DNA from: Octopus sinensis
Lineage: Eukaryota
Assembly (NCBI RefSeq): GCF_006345805.1
Contig: NW_021834752.1
Coordinates: 1 to 26,481 of the forward strand
Reading direction: 5' to 3'
DNA length: 26,481 bases
Shown here: positions 21,332 through 26,481 of the stretch, one piece after another
How positions within the stretch are numbered: position 1 is the stretch's first letter
Layout: every line of letters begins with the position of its first letter
Position numbers and translations under genes: made by a program
Notes under the pieces: model-generated
Seen by the model: the letters and a program-made list of their open reading frames with translations, nothing else
What the model was told of the DNA's origin: nothing
The model's database searches: none

Positions 21332-22065
21332 CCCTTCGTGGGCTGGCAGGGTCGGAATTACACAAAACGCCATTGTGGTACCCTTTTAGTTTTGCGCATT
21401 TCCGCACTATCCATAAAGTAATATTTGTTTAATCTAAGGCGGCGAGCTGGCAGAAATGTTAGCACGCCGGGCGAAACACTTAGGAGTATTTCGTCTGTCT
21501 TTACGTTCTGAGTTCAAATTCCGCCGAGGTAGACTTTGCCTTTCATCCTTTCGGGGTCGATAAATTAAGTACTAGTTGTGTACTGGAGTCGATCTAATCG
21601 CCTGGCGCCCTCCCCAAAAATTCCCGGCCTTGTGCCTAGAGTAGGAAACAATATTTGCTTAATCTTGTATATATGTGTGAGTGCATGATACAGAACAAGA
21701 AATTTAGCACTTTGTACAGTTTTATAAACTGTATATATAGCACTAAATATGAAATGAAACAAAAAGAATAAAAGAAAAAAGTATATCGATTCATAGCAGA
21801 ACAAATACGAAGAAAATTGATTTAGAGTTCATCAGAACATCTTAAAAAAGAACAGAAAAAAATAATAATTTTACAGAAGGCCAATATGGTCATTGGGGTC
21901 CAAATAGATCCCAATGACCATATTTTATGCATCGATATGACTGGAAATTTGTAAATAGAAATTTGTATGTGCATTGTATTGCCAATAAAAGCCACGAGAT
22001 ATAAATCATTTAGATAAAAAATATAAAAGTTGCATAAAGTTTTAAAATTTCCTGCCCACGAAGGG
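21332..22065. mobile_element. piggyBac-type MITE: TTAA TSD, 12-bp TIR, about 504 bp without the nested SINE
   Basis: TTAA at 21328-21331 then CCCTTCGTGGGC at 21332-21343; GCCCACGAAGGG at 22054-22065 then TTAA at 22066-22069. CCC/GGG termini with TTAA duplication are diagnostic. A subterminal palindrome lies at 21883-21924. Confidence 0.88.
21436..21649 (+). mobile_element. SINE type C, best-preserved copy, nested in the MITE with a 16-bp TSD
   Basis: TSD AATATTTG(T/C)TTAATCT at 21420-21435 and 21650-21665 (one mismatch); box-B-like GTTCAAATTCC. Confidence 0.92.
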
Positions 22066-22517
22066 TTAAAGTAGATAAGTAATATTAAACATACATGGTT
22101 GCTCGGCTTCTTGTAGGTAGTCACAATATTCTGGAATATCTGGAGGGCTATTCTTTGGCAAGCACATTTTAGTAAAGAATGCATTTTAATTTCATTTAAA
22201 TTCTCGGCATACTTTACTCATATCGAAAGATATGTGAGCGATGTCAATGATATTACACCTATAACATTGTTTGGTTGCTAAAAATTGGTGACTACGATTG
22301 GTCTCTTCCACTAATTGCAGCTTTCATTAATTAGACTGTGGTCCTGTAGTTGGATGATTATCCCCTGGTCATCAGTGAGGCATTGATTCTTATGCTGAAT
22401 TTGGAAAATAGAAAAGACACTACGATGCGTGTAATTAGAAACCATTTCTGTCATTCGACGCTCTGGATGAAACCAAAACAGAAGGAAGGCAGAGATGGTG
22501 TTCGGGTGATTTGAACT

Positions 22518-22637
22518 AAGAAAAAGAAGGAGGAGGAGAAGAAGGAGGAGGAGGAGGAGGAGGAGGAGAAGAGACGAAGGAAAGAAGAAGAAGAAGAAGA
22601 GAAGAAGAAGAAGAAGAAGAAGAAGAAGAAGAAGAAA
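22518..22637. repeat. Polypurine (GAG)n/(GAA)n tract
   Basis: About 120 bp of almost pure purines. Confidence 0.95.
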
Positions 22638-22733
22638 CTGCAAGCTACCGAATTTAACACGTCTGATCTCATGAGTAACAATGTTCATGTCTTGTGTGTA
22701 TGTATATATATATATACACACACATAAACACGC

Positions 22734-22768
<35 letters not shown>

Positions 22769-23574
22769 TCTGCATTTGAATATAAATTACCAAAGTGAGA
22801 AAACTCAACATATGATAGCAGAAAATATTTTCAAATATGTCTTTGAAATTAGTTAATTTGTATCTTAATTATGTGAGTATAAAATATAAAAAATGAGGTT
22901 TCATAACACTGAAACAGCTGTCGAGCTCAGTGGAATAACGCACTCCAAAGGAGAAATGTGCTTTTTTACTTTAAATATACACAAAATATATAAATTATCC
23001 GTGACCAGTTTTGTAGCATGCATCATGAATCTTCAGCAGGAGAGATATCCGTAATCGTAGGCGGACTACGAAATTATTCAATATATCAAAAATCATTTCA
23101 ACATATAAATTTCAACAAATTTCCCGAAACCATAGAGATCCAATTTCCTAAATATACGTGGGGAAGCAGCGATATTTCGTATGGCGTTCTCTTTCCCAAA
23201 AGTAGTTAAAAGGAGAAACAAGATCTCTAAAACTCTTAGAATAACGATATGAATAATATGTAATGCATCGGTGCACGATAACGGTTTATGGATATCGTTT
23301 GAAATTTGTATACATTTAAGAAACTCTATCTTGCTCAAGAATACGAGGCTATAAAAGCTATATGTGTATAATATATTTAAATACAGAAAACACGTACATT
23401 AAACATGTATTAGATGTCAGAAATTTTCAAGGAACATAAAACCGAATTAACCCAGGATATCCTATATTTCTCTTACAAAGAAAAGACTTTTGTTTGATTA
23501 ATATATTGAAGTCTCTGCCTTACATACACGAAATATACACCGAGTGCGGAAAGATAAGGGGCAAATTATAGCCT

Positions 23575-23620
23575 CGTATATATATATATATAGATATATA
23601 TATATATGTATATATATATG

Positions 23621-23708
<88 letters not shown>

Positions 23709-24023
23709 TATGCATATTTGCAAAATGCATACATATATATATATATGTGCATGTTCGCATACATACGTGTATGTATGAATGTCGGTAAGTAGGTAGGTAG
23801 GTAATTAATATATATGTTTCCAGTAGCTAATCAAAACTTGGGTATACACCTTGTAATATGCCCATTGAAGCTCTTTCCCTGTCTCTGACTACCTGATGTC
23901 ATCTGCAGTATTGATATAAATGCTACAGAATCTACTGGAATTGCTGTGCTCCTCGCGTATATAATGAATGACATATTACATAAAGTCAAGTATTATATAA
24001 CATTGCCACGGCACATAGATGTT

Positions 24024-24085
<62 letters not shown>

Positions 24086-24105
24086 TATAAGATAGATAGA
24101 TAGAC

Positions 24106-24173
<68 letters not shown>

Positions 24174-24174
24174 T
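23575..24174. repeat. (TA)n array at 23575-23750 and (TA)(TG)(TAGA) array at 24020-24174
   Basis: Directly visible. Confidence 0.93.
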
Positions 24175-24230
24175 AGGCGCAGGCGTGGCTGTGATGTAAG
24201 AAACTTGCTTCCCAACCACATAGTTCCGGG
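24175..24230 (+). mobile_element. SINE type A 5' head, truncated at the Tx1 3' end
   Basis: AGGCGCAGGCGTGGCTGTG..GTAAGAAACTTGCTTCCCAACCACATAGTTCCGGG matches the heads at 14495 and 6832 (minus). Confidence 0.85.
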
Positions 24231-25547
24231 ACAACGATCAAAAGGGATCGAAATTGTTTGGCATATACACAAAAAAAGTCGAAATAGTAAGTTCTCAAGA
24301 AATGGGGAGGTTTATCCGAAGAAAGAAAAACCTACGAAAAGACCACGGTAAACTCGGGCAATAATGTCACATATTAACACATTTATTTACAAGTAAGTAA
24401 TTATTTCTTTTTCCGGTTCATAGGATCATGCTCAAGGTGGCTTCGTCATTCATACGTGCCATCCTTGCTACATTCACCTATCTTTTTTTTAAACATTCGC
24501 TAGACAAAACTTGCCTCTCTACTCTCACCTTCCTTTTCAAGTGATACTTGAAGAAGTTGATGAGTGATTGACCACAGAGGAAAGTGTGTATCTCAAATTC
24601 TTTCAGACGCGTCCACCAGATACATTCTTTTGCCATAGCCACAAGTATGATGAAAATAGTTCTTCCTTCCCGTTTGAAGGAAGGAGGCGTGACGATATTA
24701 ACGATAGACTCGGCTGATAAACCGACACGTCCGACACGTGACAGCAGTCGTTCGACATAAGCCCACAGGTCGGAAATGGTTGGACACTGCACAAGTGCGT
24801 GCAGAACGGTTTCGTCGCTCTTACCGCATCACGGGCAGGTCGGCCCTGTGTTTCTTGAGCCGTGTCTGTAGAGCTTATCTCGAACGGGTAGCGCTCCTCG
24901 GTAACACTGCCAGGCCAAGGATCTCTGGAAGTTGTCCATAGGTCCCAGCCTGAAGGTCATCTTGAACAGGCGGGTCAGGTTTTCCCTGTCGACGCCCAGG
25001 TTCGCCCAGAGATCGTTGTCGTACCTCCTCTCCACGAATCCACTATAAAATGCTTTGATTGAGATGCAGTCGCTCAAGGTCGACCCGGGCCGGTAGTGTT
25101 GCTTGACAGTAACGCGACACTCGCGGTGCCATTCGCCTAGCCTCGGCCTCTCCTTGATCCACGACTTCAGCTCGGTCGTGGAGACGAGCTGCAGGAAAGC
25201 TGCCAAGACAGACGTCTCCAAACAAGTCTGGCATACAATTGTATAGATCGTAGGGAGGACCATCCAAACCCTGCGATTTGACCCTCGAGCATCCTGCCAT
25301 AGCGTCCCTCACTGCCCCCTCCGTGATGGCACCTTCGCAGCACGCTGCCTCTCTTGCCGGGAATTGAAGTGTTGGTCGAGGGCCAGCCTCGCCGCCAAAA
25401 CGTCGGATTCGATACCGCTTCTTATCGCCTCTTCTTACTTCTTGACTAGCTCAGCCTCTACTCTATTTCTATCTATGGCTGCGACTTTGGAAAGAGATGC
25501 GTGGTGTTCAATCATGTTATTTACGTTTTTGTGACGTCCTGTACCCA

Positions 25548-25550
<3 letters not shown>
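24231..25550 (-). mobile_element. Tx1/L1-clade LINE ORF2 derivative with large internal deletions
   Basis: Minus strand reads ELVKK*EEAIRSGIESDVLAARLALDQHFN, then EAACCEGAITEGAVRDAMAGCSRVKSQGLDGPPYDLY..PDLFG (the KSPGxDG pre-RT motif). It then jumps to the post-RT region WHRECR...FQRSLAWQCYRGALPVRDKLYRHG and the CCHC knuckle TCP*CGKSDETVLHALVQCP (24785-24837), followed by the C-terminus and a T-rich 3' UTR. Confidence 0.9.
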
Positions 25551-25585
<35 letters not shown>

Positions 25586-25751
25586 ATATATATATATATA
25601 TTATATATATATACATATATATATATACATATATGTCTGTACATATATGTATGTATATATGTATATATCTATATAAGCTATATATATATATGTATGTACA
25701 TATATGTATGTATATATGTATATATATATATAATATATATACATATATATA
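25550..25751. repeat. (TA)n/(TATG)n array
   Basis: Directly visible. Confidence 0.95.
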
Positions 25752-26460
25752 CTAGCATTAAAGACCCGTCGTTGCCGGGTCATAGTGCTAGTGCATGTAT
25801 ATATGTGTATATATATGTGTACATATTACATGTACATCTATATATATACATCTACACATAAAATGCAAAATACAAAGTTATATCTTGATATCGCTAGTGA
25901 TAACAATACTCAAAATATATAACATACTGGAATTTTTAGCTCTTCTTTTTTCTCTATATTGTATACTTTATAGACAATAATCTTTTCTTTAATTTAATTT
26001 TTTATTATCCATCTGGACTATTCCACTTCTGCACGCTAATTTTATTTTCAATTTAATTGCCATTCATGTGAAACAACTTCTTCAAGTTCAAATCATTGAT
26101 GCAATTTTATACCAATTGCTATTTTTACTTATATTATACTTTAGTTTGATTTTAATTATTACTTACTACATATAATTCAATTGTTATTATTATTTTTATT
26201 GTTAAAGTGAAAGCATCTGACATAAAATAGAGAAATATTTTTGTTTCACTTTTAACACGTAATACTGAAATAGTGGAGAAGATATGATATTGCTATGGGC
26301 TCGCTCTAGGCAAGAAGTTGAACATTTTTTTCCCATGAAACTACATGGACCCTAAGTAAGGCATCTGTAAAATTTGAATGAAATTGGTTGTGTAGTTCTC
26401 AAGTTTTAGGGAAACATACAGGCAGACAGATACACACACATTCTCAGTTTTATATATATC
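25752..26460 (-). mobile_element. Second non-autonomous Helitron; 3' end intact, 5' end blurred into (TA)n at the window edge
   Basis: CTAG at 25752-25755 is preceded by A and followed by the hairpin GACCCG/CGGGTC (25763-25781). The far end has ACAGA..CACAC..CAGTTTTATATATAT as at 3262-3295, but the terminal TC is not cleanly seen. Confidence 0.75.
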
Positions 26461-26481
26461 TATATATATATATATATATAT

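Noticed and set aside
22310-22382. Minus-strand CTGATGA with a GAAA about 45 nt later
   Set aside because: No convincing stem II or stem I pairing; nearby PLE-like translation (TTYKKPSN) is too weak to support it.
23018-23340. Short ORFs on both strands, possible PLE linker relic
   Set aside because: No diagnostic motif could be aligned with confidence.

Overview
This is an AT-rich, microsatellite-dense eukaryotic window with no intact protein-coding gene; nearly all listed ORFs are simple-repeat artefacts. The SINE types and repeat landscape point to an octopus (coleoid cephalopod) genome, either intronic or intergenic. This is inferred from pattern recognition and not verified. The non-microsatellite sequence is mostly decayed mobile elements. 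Retroelements: a CR1/L2-group LINE 3' end with a 9-bp tandem tail; a 5'-truncated R4/Dong-type endonuclease LINE lying in (TAA)n; two Penelope-like relics (a minus-strand GIY-YIG piece, and a plus-strand RT plus GIY-YIG element split by a SINE with an 11-bp TSD); an internally deleted Tx1/L1 LINE; and more than a dozen tRNA-derived SINE copies or fragments of at least three types. DNA transposons: two non-autonomous Helitrons, a TTAA-flanked piggyBac-type MITE with a nested SINE, and a mariner-like end. The best lead is a near-canonical type I hammerhead ribozyme at 1399-1480 with an unusually long stem II and no adjacent ORF. Two more decayed hammerhead-like motifs lie just downstream of the Penelope ORFs. 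Weaker leads are a possible recursive splice site, two phase-compatible candidate exons, an inverted SINE pair and isolated hairpins. I see no firm evidence of a wholly new multi-gene system. All family assignments come from manual translation and motif recall, not database searches.
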